A stretch of 59,795 bases of DNA. Source: Toensbergia leucococca (Eukaryota). Shown piece by piece: positions 20,573-32,127 of this stretch; the stretch's first letter is position 1, and each line of letters opens with the position of its first letter. A model generated the notes under the pieces. It saw only the letters and a list, made by a program, of their open reading frames with translations. It did not search any database and was not told the origin of the DNA. Both the position numbers and the translations under genes were made by a program. The DNA lies in assembly GCA_022813965.1 (NCBI GenBank), contig JALDZS010000152.1:1-59795 (forward strand). The letters are read 5' to 3'.

Positions 20573-21571
20573 ATGTTAACACACTTGTGCTGTTCTCTGG
20601 CCCATCAGTCAAACACGCTCTCAATAGGTTTTATGGCTATCTTCAAATTTTCCATGCGGCTGCACTTCCAATATGGATTGCATATTGCCCGAGGGGTTTG
20701 CTCGCCGGTTGCCTTCCCTCGACAATATCATCGGTCTTCACTGGAAACAAAACACTCTACAAGGTCGATCGTTCTTCGGCTGCTAGGTGACGTTAGATCT
20801 GAGCAAGAAGCTCGTCAGTACTTTTCTGGTCTCAGCCTTGATCCCGCCAAAGAATGCATTTTGATCAAGGTTGGAAGCTCGATCATCAGCAGGCATCTAG
20901 ACAGCCTAGTGTCTGCTCTGGCTCTTCTCAGTCGTATCAGAATCTATCCCATAGTCGTACATGAAGCTGTATCTCCGATAGACACGATTGCACAAGTCAC
21001 GGATGCTTCGATGTTGGCTTTGACTCGATCAGTCTTGTTAGGAGCGAACTTGGAGTTGGTGGAAGCCCTCGAAAACTCCGAGACTCGAGCTAGACCGATC
21101 ACGAGCGGCGTCTTCGAGGCGGAATACCTGGATAAGAGGCAATATGGCTTGGTTGGTAAAATCAAAGCCGTCGACTTACGCGCGATCAAGCGGTCAATAG
21201 CAGAATACTGCATACCTGTCTTGGTCTTGATGGGCGAAACTCCCGACGGTCAAATTTTAGAGGTCAATGGCATCCGCGAGTTAGCCAATTCGCTACAGCC
21301 ACGCAAGATCATTTTGCTGTCGGAGGATGGAGGAGTATTCAGCATGGATAAAAATGAAAGAATTTCAGTCATCAAGATTGAGGAGAGCCACGCACAGCAG
21401 ATACATGACTCAGATAGAGAAAAGATCCGAGAGTACGAGGAGCTCTTGAACAATCAACCGGGAACATCAGAGATAAGAATTCTTCGCCCTGTTGACCTTG
21501 TTAGAGGCTTGTTTGTAGACGAGGTTGTCGGTACGACAATCATCAAAAGCAAGACAAGCACATTTGAATAG
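20573..21571 (+). CDS. Stand-alone N-acetylglutamate-kinase-like protein (Arg5,6/arg-6 kinase domain only) with degenerate motifs; intronless; Arg/Ser-rich N-terminus resembling a mitochondrial presequence
   Basis: STRSIVLRLL, IKVG, YPIVVH, ARPITSGVFEAEYLDKRQYGLVGKI, ETPDGQ, LQPRKIILLSEDGG match fungal NAGK; no DUF619 or reductase domain follows. Confidence 0.85.
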   Translation: MLTHLCCSLAHQSNTLSIGFMAIFKFSMRLHFQYGLHIARGVCSPVAFPRQYHRSSLETKHSTRSIVLRLLGDVRSEQEARQYFSGLSLDPAKECILIKVGSSIISRHLDSLVSALALLSRIRIYPIVVHEAVSPIDTIAQVTDASMLALTRSVLLGANLELVEALENSETRARPITSGVFEAEYLDKRQYGLVGKIKAVDLRAIKRSIAEYCIPVLVLMGETPDGQILEVNGIRELANSLQPRKIILLSEDGGVFSMDKNERISVIKIEESHAQQIHDSDREKIREYEELLNNQPGTSEIRILRPVDLVRGLFVDEVVGTTIIKSKTSTFE

Positions 21572-21769
21572 AACTTTAGGTACACTTTGAAGGGGCTCCT
21601 TTGTTCAAAGGTGAACAGAAAGTGTTGTGTTTAGGGCAGTAGATCGCCCGGAGGATCATTAAATTGATCCGGGTCTATTATAAATATACATACGTACCTT
21701 AGTTTTGAAGACCGTCAGTTAGATCCTTTCTACCAAGTCAATATAACATACCTCCAAGACAAGAGGTTT

Positions 21770-22080
21770 ACAGTTCGTCTTGCAGAGAGGACTATCCAAT
21801 GGCTCCTCTACTTTCGGAGACATTTGAGGAGCAGAGAGATGTTATCCACAATTTCAAGTGGATCTCATGAGAGGCTTTACCTTTCACCTACGCAACTTGT
21901 GGAGGTTCTTGCAAATCTGATCAATCTGAACCAAAAGACTGACGCCTTCCAACTCGTACATTACTCCGTGCCGGAGTACTTACAGCGGCATGTTCATTTC
22001 AATCCGGACCCTAGACGCCCGAGACGAGGAGGACGCCACTCAGGGAACCTTGCTACACACAATAGTTGCAGCAGGTGATA
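21770..22080 (+). pseudogene. Fragment of a NACHT/ankyrin (NLR-like) gene, winged-helix region
   Basis: AERTIQWLLY...REML...ANLI...FQLVHYSVPEYL resembles the post-NACHT region; no P-loop or start visible. Confidence 0.5.
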
Positions 22081-22791
22081 TGATGATTCCTGATGTTGGC
22101 TTCCAACGTCTCGCGTTCTTCCAAGAGGAAAAAAGACCCCGCCGTGACAAAAGTGTGGAGCCCTCCTTGGACAAGGATGGGCTTCCACGAGTGAAGTTTG
22201 GTCCGGGGAATGACGCGACGATTTTATTAATCACTCGAAAGTCGTCGTTTTGAAAGGAGGGACAAGGGAAGCCGAGGCATTTTGGTGCGGCAGCCAAAAT
22301 GATCCCTTGCTGTCTTTCAGCGTCTTCAAAGCGACGCCAACCTGCTCCGTCGTATGGGCTAGGATTTAGTTGGACTGTAGAAGCATTAATTGAGAGGTGG
22401 AGTTGTGGGGTAGATGGGTGGGGATTTTATCTGCATGTAGGTGAGATGCTGAATGATTGCGGGAGAGTGGTGGTGGATGGAGTGGATTTTTTCTCAAGTG
22501 GTTGTCTTGAGTTTCTACCCCAGATCCTCCTGCCTGATGAAGGGTGGAATGTGGGTCAATCATAAGATACTACTAGAGTGTAAGATGTGGTTCGAATTGG
22601 CCTTCAAAATGGTAAGTGGACTAGAAGCCTAGTATCTTATATGGCAGAGTATATAGTATATAGAAAGTTACCTAGATATCGGACTCCTGCATTGCTGCTA
22701 CTCTGTTTCCAAAAGATGTACACTACTATCAACACACAAAAGTCAAACTTCCACTCTTACAAAGCCACTAGACTTCCCCATACTCACAAAC

Positions 22792-24871
22792 CTAAAGCTT
22801 CCCCTGCTCCTCCGCCTCCTCCAAAACCCCTGGGTCCTCAATATCGATCCCCAACCTCTCGGCCTCAATCTGCCGAATTGGTCCAACAAACCACTTCCGC
22901 GCCCACAGAAACCAGCTCCCAAATGCAAAGGTCCCAATAATGCCTACAGCCACAGGCGTATAATTCAACGTTTGTGACGTCACCGGGTTGGTAGTGGGAA
23001 GGCAAAAAATGATGGTGATGAAGCCAATCCAGAGACAAGCGATGATGCCGATGACGCGGGAGGCGATACCTAAGTTGAAGGGCCCGCGGTGGAGATTTTG
23101 CGGACAGATCACGCCGATGAGAATGGGGAGGCCGTAGGAGATGTAGAGGCCTATTGTAGCGATGGATGTGGCGGCTGTGAAGGCGACGGTGGAGCCGAGG
23201 GAGGGTACGGCGAGGAGGAATGAGAGCGTGGCCGCGAGCCAGATGGTGCGGACGGGAGCGCGGAAGCGGTGGTCGACTTTGTGGAAGAAGGAGGGGATGC
23301 CGTGATCGCGGCTGAAGGCGAACATCATACGTGAGTTGGACGTCATGGAAAAGAGACCGCAATGCCAGACGCAGATCATGACGAGTGTCATGAGGACAAT
23401 GGCGCCCGTGTCACCGAAGATGTCGATGAAGATCTGGAGGACGGGTTGTCCGACTGGGCTGACAACTGTGTTGGGAAAGTCTTGGATGGAGAAGAGGAGG
23501 GAGATGAGGACGAAGAAGCCGAAGATGGCGGAGAAGCCAACGGAGGTTAGGACGCCGAGAGGGGCACTCCAAGAGGCTTTGCGCGTTTCTTCTGATAGAT
23601 GGGCCGAGGCATCGAAGCCGGTGATGGTGTACTGGCTCATGAGGACACCACATACGGCAACGTATGCTGGGGAGGCCCGCATGCTCCATCCTTCATAGCC
23701 AGGACTGCCGGTACCGTCGTAAAACGTAGCAAAGACGAATTTGGCGGATTGGTGGGTCGGCGCTTTAGACAGAACTGCTATTGCTAGACTTGCTACGCCG
23801 ACGGAATGGAAGAGGATGGAGGAATTGTTGAGGTAGCGAAGTATGTGAACACCAAAGGTGTTGATGGTACCGTGAGAGAAGAGGATGGCGGCGTAGATTC
23901 CGAGAGTCTTTCCAGCGCTGGGCTCGTAGCCTCCATTGACGGTGGCGGTTTGAGATATCAGGTTTGCTAGGCCAAAGGAAATACCAGTCGTGACTGCTAC
24001 CTGACCCATGAGATTGAACCTTTTGCGTATTAGTGTGATGGTAGGTGAAGGAGGATCTTCTGTATCTTGGGAAGTACCATCCAGTGATCCAAGCGGCAAA
24101 AGCTGCGTTCGCCTTCGGTGCCAGCATGGCTGACCAAAAGTATGGCCCCCCACTGGTCGGGATAGCAGAGACAATCTCGGCCATGCTCAAGGCGACAAAC
24201 ATGGCTGTGATAGGTATTAGCAATGAGGGGAAAATTTGTGAAATGGAGAGAATTGTGAGATGGGACAATAGAAAAGCAAACTTACTGAAAAAGCTTACCA
24301 CAATCCACCCGACAGACATGACTCCGGGGCCGCCAGTGATCAAGCCATACTCGAATAGTCTTGAAAAAGATCAACGTCAGCGGGATGCAAGGGACGGCCG
24401 ACAGAGCAAGACAAACGTTGTTATGCCCGTTATGACGCTCTGGAAAGTATTGTGTTAGTAATGTAGTTGTACTTGATTGTATTCGATTTCGAATCTGAGG
24501 TTGAAAAGAATAAAACCAGAAACACGTGATGTACCTAGAAATTGGAGAAGGCTACTACGAGTATCTAAAGCGGAGAGAAAATGCAGACAATTCGAAGAAG
24601 CAACATGATTTGCAGGAAGGCATAAGCAGATATTCAGGAGAATCAGAAGATGATTCAATGCAGTCGATGGATTACCAAAACGGATTCAAGATATTGTAAG
24701 TAGGATTGAAGGAATCAATATGCAGCAAGGAAATTGCTGGCTCACAATGATGGAAAAGGAAATGCCAAAATTGTGCAACAAGCCCCAATCGCGGCGCAAC
24801 TCCTGCTTGTAGCCCAACTCGGCCAATCGACTCTCATCCCCCACCTTCGAAGGCGGCGGACTCGTAGACAT
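22792..24871 (-). CDS. Amino-acid/GABA permease (APC superfamily, Uga4-like), multi-exon
   Basis: LAELGYKQELRR, FGISFSII, MAEIVSAIPTSGGPY, GFDASAHLSEET, SRMMFAFSRD. Confidence 0.93.
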
Positions 24872-25571
24872 GATGGTGTTGTCTCAACGATATCAACAAT
24901 GGTGGTACGGATGGATGATAGCGACAGATGGGGTGAGTGTGAGTGGTAGCGGAGGCCGGGGGCTCGTTGATAGATGGTGACATTGCTTGTAATCTCTCTC
25001 GTCGATAGAAGATACCATCACCTTATCTCTGTGAGTAGCGTGGTAGCGTATGTCGGACGTCAAATGTTAGGTTGCTGGCTGATAAGGATTAGAGACCGAA
25101 GAAACGAGGGCGGGTGGAATGTAACAAGCTCTGGACCCTGGAATAAATAGTACGGCGACCTAGGGCTTAGATTGATATTACATAAATCCTCTCAGAAAAG
25201 GTCAAGGTACCTGTTCTAGATTCCTTGTCCTACCTATGACACTGCATCTATCCTATCTCTTGCATGCATCTTGCATTAGTCCTCTTTCCCTAAATCCTTC
25301 CCTCAACTCTCTTTGACATCCTTGAAACTCCAATACTGTTATTTGTATCTGCACCAAAAACATTGTGAGTGTGGCGAGGAAAGTCTCATTGATTGAATGG
25401 CCTGCGGAGATGCTTCCGAAATCCTCTCAGCCACATCTGTCCGAGATTCAATTCCATGTTTTCTCAATTTATGAAACTAATAACCAGGACTTGTCCCGAG
25501 GTAGTGTAGCAAATAACAAATTTCAAATCCGAAACGGCTGAGATTTCTATTATATCAACTCATCGCAACAA

Positions 25572-26299
25572 ATATTGGGTTCCATTGTTCCGACACCCCA
25601 TTTCGATATTCCGACACCCCCCCTACCACTACCCAGTCAGGCAATAGAACCCATGGGCGCACAGAGAAACATCATGATTTCGCACCACATTTCAAGTCAA
25701 TTCCCCACTTCTTTTGCATGCTATCTACATCCTTAGTCGTGTGTCATTCAGGAGCAGGATGACCTGGGGAATTTCAAGATTTTGTATCACAATTTGACTT
25801 AATGTTTCACCCCCACCCGGGCGCAATGTCACCTAGAGAAACATCGCGATCTTGAATCACAACTCAACGCAATTCTCTGCCTTCATTGCATGTCATCTAC
25901 CCTCTCAATTACGTGCCATTTAGAAGTAGTAATACGGAGGGAATCATTGTGACTTCACACTCATCTTCTCTGAGTCTTCCGCCCGGGCGCAATGCTGACG
26001 TGTTTCATCATCACCTCATCATTCATCATTCTACTACCTAATGTCCTGTAAATGTTGTACTGCTCCTGACAAGTATATAATTGAGCAATGCAGGCGATAA
26101 AGTATATTGGACTGCGATGCAAAATCGCGATGTTTCAATTGAGGAATACCTATCTGACATTGCGCCCGATGATGACTATGCCCAATCAGACCTAATCATT
26201 GCCTAATTGGGTAGTGGTATGGGGGGAGTGTCGGAATATCGAAATGGGGGTGTGGGATTATCGAAATGGGAAGTCGGAATAATGAAACCCAAAATATTA
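25572..26299. repeat. Non-coding foldback/MITE-like element: imperfect inverted arms around a degenerate ~163-bp tandem repeat
   Basis: 25572-25645 is the reverse complement of ~26197-26299 (ttccgacaccccatttcgatattccgacacccc...ccactacccagtcaggcaat); gggcgca(atg) recurs at ~25656, 25819, 25985 and inverted at ~26160. Confidence 0.7.
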
Positions 26300-26790
26300 C
26301 TCTCAAGTGTAAATTTCCTAACGCGGTCCTGTCCCACTCTTTGAGACAAAGTAGTCTGAGGACGTGATGCCTTCAGGAGGAGAAACAAATATACGGGAAT
26401 GAACTTGCTTCTTAGAGACTTGAAACGATGTGAACATAATATCTCAATTAGGCTTGCAATACGAGAGATTCGACGTCCGAAGCACACGTTAATTGGGGTG
26501 AAGAAGCAAGGGAAAAGCAAAGTGGGCTCGACCAAGAGACAACGGACGAGTCAAACCAGGAATGAAAGCATTGCGGAGGTCCCTCGAAGCATTCGCACTT
26601 AAGTGATACCATTACCAAGTAAAACTCACCGTTTTCAGCAGGATCAATCATTCTCAATGAGGCCAAGATAAGATGAAGCCTCTACGGAAGGTGACCCTGC
26701 TAACATCGTATGCAATGCATTCTGGAATGAACGAAAGCAGAACTTTTGTTAGATTCTCTCCATCTATGCTAACAAATCATCATTTCCTCT

Positions 26791-27725
26791 TCATGCACCA
26801 TACTTCAATAAGTAGCCGCCATCGACGGGAACGATCTGCCCGTTGAGATATTGGTTTGTCGCAAGGAAGAGAATTGCATTCGCCATGTCCCTATCGTGTC
26901 CCGGCCTTCGTGCAGGCAACTGCTCAAAGTTCTTCTTCTCCAACTCACTCTTCATATTGTCTCCGCTATCCCCGGCAGTCATCTCACTCGGGAAGTACCC
27001 TGGCGCGATGGCATTAATCCTGATCTTCAACCCTGCATTCGCTATTTCCGAAGCCAACATTTTGGTCAAATGGTTGGCGGCACCTTTGCTTGTGTTGTAG
27101 GAGAAGTGATTTTGGGATTGCTTGGTTATGCCTGATATGGAGGTGATGTTGATGACAGTGCCAGAAAAGGCATGTTGATGCTCGCTGGCCTTCTCGAGAA
27201 GAGGAAGAAAGGCGGTGGTTGTGAAGTAGAGCTGGGCGACATTGGTGCGGTAGGTGGTTTCCCAGTCTTCGAAATTTGCATTCTCAGGGTCGAAGAGATT
27301 CTTCTTTGTCTCTTCAGCTGTTTCGCCTTCCATAGATTGAGTGGAGCTCTGGATGCCGGCGTTGTTGACAAGGATGCATAGGCACTTTTCTCTCGACTCG
27401 ACCTCTTTAACCAAACGCTTGATGTCATCTTTGCTTGAAATGTCTCCAACGAGGGGTATGATTTCGCCAGAGATATCCTTGCCAAAGTTTTCAACGACTG
27501 TTGTTAGTTTCTGTTCTGTTCTTCCGACAATGTAGACCTTGGCTCCGTTGCATGCTAAGGCTTGTACCGCCTGCGCACTATCGTTAGAAACATGGTTGAA
27601 ATGGATTTCTCTGAGTGACATACCATCAATCCAATACCAGAGCCTCCTCCGGTGACAAGGGCAACCTTGTCCTTGACGTTGAAGAGCTCGCTGACCTGCA
27701 TCTCGGTGTTGTTGTTGTTGGCCAT
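26791..27725 (-). CDS. Short-chain dehydrogenase/reductase; intron 27571-27623
   Basis: LFNVKDKVALVTGGGSGIGLM, NNAG, YNTSK, NAIAPGYFPSEMT. Confidence 0.92.
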
Positions 27726-28023
27726 ATTAGATGTCTGCTTGAAGTTGAATTTGTAAATGGAATGTTCTGAAGGCGGGGATTGTGTGGTCTTGAATACGAA
27801 AAACCTTTTCGGCGGTGACGAATGGTATATTGTGAGACCATGACGACAAGATTCACAATGGGAAAAACTGACATGACGATTGTTCTCGCAGCTATTCTAT
27901 TCGACCCCCGGAACAACGTATCACCGAGCTGGGTTCGAGGATTGGTTTTGCGGAGTACGCGTCTTGTACATTGTACCCATGATAACAGCAGCAGCAGCCC
28001 GCAAAGCCTTCCCAAAAATCGAA

Positions 28024-28983
28024 ATGGCAAGGCACTCTCGAGTCGCCGAGCCCGAAGAGTCCCTCGATGCACTTCAAGAGCTCGAACCTTCACCCGTATA
28101 CGACGACCCCCCAGCTTCTGGTAAAGACTCCTACTTCACCGCTCAACCACCCACCCGCTCCTCCACTCTCGGCCTCAGCGGTCACAACCCCTCGTACTGG
28201 CGTAAATAACACCTCTTATCCTCCCAAAAGAATATCAATCTAATTCACCTACTGGCAGTCTCCCGCATCCACCGCTATTCCTCCTACACCCTCACCGCCT
28301 TCCTAGCCCTTCATGTAACGAATACCTCCCTCATCCCACTCGCAGCCCGCTCTGTTCAAACCTCGGACACCTACCTCCTTCTCACACGCCCATACTACCA
28401 ATCTCCCATAGCCGAGCCCATCCTTGTCATCACCCCTCTCCTAGCGCATCTCGCCTCAGGCCTCGCCTTGCGCATCTACCGACGCAGACAAAATGCTATT
28501 CGTTTCGGCGCAGAGAGTAGAAGCCAGAGGAGAAGGATTCCCTGGCCGAAGCTGAGTGGGACAAGTGCGTTGGGGTATTTATTGCTACCGTTGGTGGCAG
28601 GGCACGTGCTTGTCAATCGCGTGGTTCCGCTCATGCGGGAGGGCGGGAGCTCGGGCGTTGGGCTGCAATTTGTGAGCCACGGCTTTGCGAAGCATCCTTT
28701 GGTGGCCGGCGTGGGGTATGCGGTACTCGTGGGGATCGGGAGTGCGCATTTTGTGTGGGGATGGGCGAGGTGGCTGGGCTGGGGGCTCGAGAGTCTTGTT
28801 TGGGATGGGGAAGGGAAGAGGTGGAGGTGGTGGGAGGTTAATGCTCTGAGTGCGCTGGTTGCCGGGGTATGGATGGCTGGCGGGCTGGGAATAGTGGGAC
28901 GAGGCGGGCAAACAGAAGGGTGGATTGGTAGGGGGTTTGATGAGCTCTATCGCGCTGTGCCCGTTGTAGGGAGGTGGATGTGA
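28024..28983 (+). CDS. Mcp1-like (DUF1691) mitochondrial membrane protein; intron 28202-28258
   Basis: RIHRYSSY, LHVTNTSLIPL, LLLTRPYYQ, AHLASGLALR, SSGVGLQFVSHGFAK; several TM segments. Confidence 0.75.
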
Positions 28984-29396
28984 CCGTGGGATGGGCTGGT
29001 GGATTGCTTATATACCCACACTTTGTGTTGTTCTGAGCTAACGAAATGTAGAGTACTATGCGATAACCTTCTCAGCACGAGTTCCTAGGTATGACTGATA
29101 TCTTTGCGAATGCTATAAATCTTGATTCGTCCTTCCATACGTTGCCCATATCTCGTACTAAGATTCTAACATGTTGAACCGAAGGACCTGATCCCTTGGC
29201 CACCGATTAGACTTGGTTGTACTTCCGGGTCTCAGCACTTGACGCATGACGACCTTTTGACTCAAAGACAATCCCCTAAGCCGTGCTTGAATTGAGTGGA
29301 TATTCGGTTCTTGTCCCGTAGAACGATGGGTCGATTTCGACGTAGGTATATAAAATGATTGACGGAACGTGTTATCGGATTTAATATTTAACAGAC

Positions 29397-30833
29397 TTAG
29401 TACACCCACGGCCTTCGAGTTGTCAAAGGAACAACTTCCATCTTACTGGGCGGGCCTCGCAGTATCCCACAAGCCACCCGCGCCCTCTCGCATTCCCTTT
29501 TCAACTCGCGTTGGGTTGCGATGCTCCAAGTCGTCGGCAGCATCCGGATTCGAATCAGCTCTAATTGTGGCACATGGCTTTTCTTTTCCCTTAGTAGTTC
29601 GGCCAGTTTTGCAAGATATGCCGCCTCGTTCCATTGGTAGGCCCGATGAGTGAACCCTTCGTTGCGGATAGTCAGCTTTTGCAGTCCTGGCGGTAGCACT
29701 TCGGCAAAAGTTGGAGCTTGGTCGGAGCGTAGGCCTAGGAGAATTTCCCATGAGATGTCGATACTAGCGAGTTTTTTGAATTGCTGAAGGCTGTCGAAGC
29801 GTCCTCGGATGCCGAATTTGGCCATGTGTTCCTCGTCGTGTCCGTTCCAGGAGGTGAATAGCACGGATATCTTAAGGTGCTCAAGGGTTGCACTTACGTG
29901 TGAGAGGGCCTTGCTTAGTTCGGTGCAGTCAACGAATACCCCCAAGCCTCCGTCACGCTGGTCGATTTCACCATGAAATTCATATTTTAGCGTTTTGAGA
30001 TTTGGACACACGGAGAGCATTTCTTCCAACACCCTTCCTTGGATTTGGGTCTTGTACAGTACGAGCCGCGTAAGTGTGGAGGCTTCGGGTTTCGCGGTGG
30101 GCCACTCGAGTTCCCCGGCTCTCAGATTGGATGTATCGAGGGTCTGGATGGATGGGAGGTAGAAGAGTGGTTCGATCTCAAACAAGTCAAAGGTACAGCC
30201 TGGTAGCATCTCTTCGTCATCTTCCGAGGCCATTTCGGCACCAAAATCCACAGTTTTGAGATGATGAAAGGTGGAGAGCGAGTTTGAAGATGGCCGACGA
30301 CGTAGGAGACTGGATTCAAAAACCTCTCGCATAAAGCATGATGGGTGATGAAAGCTGAAGCCAAGGTCTAACGTTTTCAGTTTCGGCAGGTGAAGAATCA
30401 GAAGCGGTACAAGCACTTCTGGTTTGCCCATGAGAAGCCCTTGGATCCAAAAATGTGGCTTAGGGAAAGATGCCGAGAGAATAGAATCTCTTGCAAGGTT
30501 GACTTCGTCCCATGTGTAGTCCAGTGCAATCTCGTAGAGGCGTGAATTGTGGCTGTTCCAATTCCGAAATCGAGCATTCTCGATATGAGATGCCAGTTCG
30601 GGCCTGTTCAAGACGGTGCGCAGCAAGAGATGGAGGGGTGGCGTGTACTGAATGTTCCAGTCTTGATCCCAAGCCCATTTGATGGAACGATAGAGGAATG
30701 GCTCGGTGAGTTTCCGGAGAGGCTTGCAGACGTAGGAAAGAGCGACGAGGTCGTCTTTCAGTGCATCTGATGCTTCGAGGTAGGAGAGAATCAACTGCAC
30801 GAGCTCGGTGGGGAGGTTGAGAATTGTCATCAT
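29397..30833 (-). CDS. F-box protein with LRR-like C-terminal region
   Basis: N-terminal LNLPTELVQLILSYL...LSYVCKPLR F-box; repeated LPKLKTLDL / CPNLKTLKY / LEHLKI units; intronless 478-aa ORF. Confidence 0.8.
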   Translation of the reverse strand: MMTILNLPTELVQLILSYLEASDALKDDLVALSYVCKPLRKLTEPFLYRSIKWAWDQDWNIQYTPPLHLLLRTVLNRPELASHIENARFRNWNSHNSRLYEIALDYTWDEVNLARDSILSASFPKPHFWIQGLLMGKPEVLVPLLILHLPKLKTLDLGFSFHHPSCFMREVFESSLLRRRPSSNSLSTFHHLKTVDFGAEMASEDDEEMLPGCTFDLFEIEPLFYLPSIQTLDTSNLRAGELEWPTAKPEASTLTRLVLYKTQIQGRVLEEMLSVCPNLKTLKYEFHGEIDQRDGGLGVFVDCTELSKALSHVSATLEHLKISVLFTSWNGHDEEHMAKFGIRGRFDSLQQFKKLASIDISWEILLGLRSDQAPTFAEVLPPGLQKLTIRNEGFTHRAYQWNEAAYLAKLAELLREKKSHVPQLELIRIRMLPTTWSIATQRELKRECERARVACGILRGPPSKMEVVPLTTRRPWVY

Positions 30834-32127
30834 GGTGGTGGTTGTTCCAATGTCGAAAATCGAAAGATATTTAGTGACTGATGGTAGATGGAGTACTTTG
30901 TGATTATCATTGATGAAGGGTTTGGTTCAACACTTGAGTCAAAGACTTCAGGTCTTACCTATCCTGTTGGTGATATCTGGCAAGATGGTTCAAGGATAGG
31001 TAAGTCTCTTCAATGCGCAGTCAACTAGAGTAAATATTTAGTACTAGGCAGGTAAGGTACTTTGTTCTCCCTTTGTCATAAATCCTCGCGACCTTCGACA
31101 ACGTCTACGAAAACAACATTGATGATCTTTACCTTCGATCTTCTGCACTTTTGGCCATCACCCTCGCACGGCTCTGGACACCCAGCCAACAAATCCTACA
31201 GCTGACAAGATCAAGCGGCCTAGATCGTCAAGTTTGATTGCCAGTTTATCGTAATCCATATGGCTTTGGCTAGTGCTGATACAAACAAAAGCCAGAATTA
31301 AACCAACACCGATGCTCGTTGTTCACGTTACATTTTTCTCTTATTGAATGGCTATCTGTCTGTGTGGCCAGCTCAGTTTAGTCAAGTGCAACAGGATGCT
31401 GTTCACTTTCTTGCCTTGTCTTTCTCAACTACTCCATGTCGATACAAGCGTCTGAATTGCGCGCGCTGTATCTCCACTCTCAAGTACGTGGGATCTACTC
31501 ATATACTCGTGTCATTCGTCGAGTGGAATTCCATTGCTTTGGCTCACAGGACATCTCATACAATCCTAGATCAATTGATATCTCAATCATGCTTGGCTCA
31601 ATTGAACTGCCCTTTTGCACTCAAACATGTGTATGCATAGCGGAGGTTCCCATATCGCGCATGGCTTTGAATCATCCATATTCGAGCGTGATTGATGTAC
31701 AACGCCTGAAGAGCCGAGTAAGCTCTTCCCAACTTTAGATCCTCACGTTGGATTGACAAGACGTGCAAATCTCATCTGCAATCGCTATGACCGTCAATGA
31801 TGACTTGAAGAAGCCCGTCAATAGCTAGGCCGTGTTCATCAGGTTGGCGTTGGTTGAGGGACAGACCTGTCTCTCTATATATATTACCTGCGTGTCGCAT
31901 CCTTTCTAACTGGAACATTTTCCATCCTCCGAGGCCTCTTCTGATCATAGAGATTAACTAATTATTCTGGAAGAATATCATCACTAGCCGTCACCACCCA
32001 TCGCCTTGTTTAAGAGAGACTCTCTTTCTTATTACGGCGCATACCTTAGACCTTGCTAAGGGCAACGGAACAACAAAAAGAAGTACAACCTTGACTACTC
32101 GAAGCCTTATCATCGGTTCTTTGCGCA

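Noticed and set aside
21646..21675. ggaggatcatta resembling the 18S rRNA 3' end/ITS1 junction, within a small hairpin
   Set aside because: Only ~11 nt match with no flanking rRNA similarity
22865..24458. Alternative-frame and antisense ORFs over the permease
   Set aside because: Result of high GC3 codon bias in the real gene
30954..31004. 12-bp inverted repeat cttacctatcct/aggataggtaag upstream of the F-box gene
   Set aside because: Single small hairpin without TSD or second copy; function unsupported
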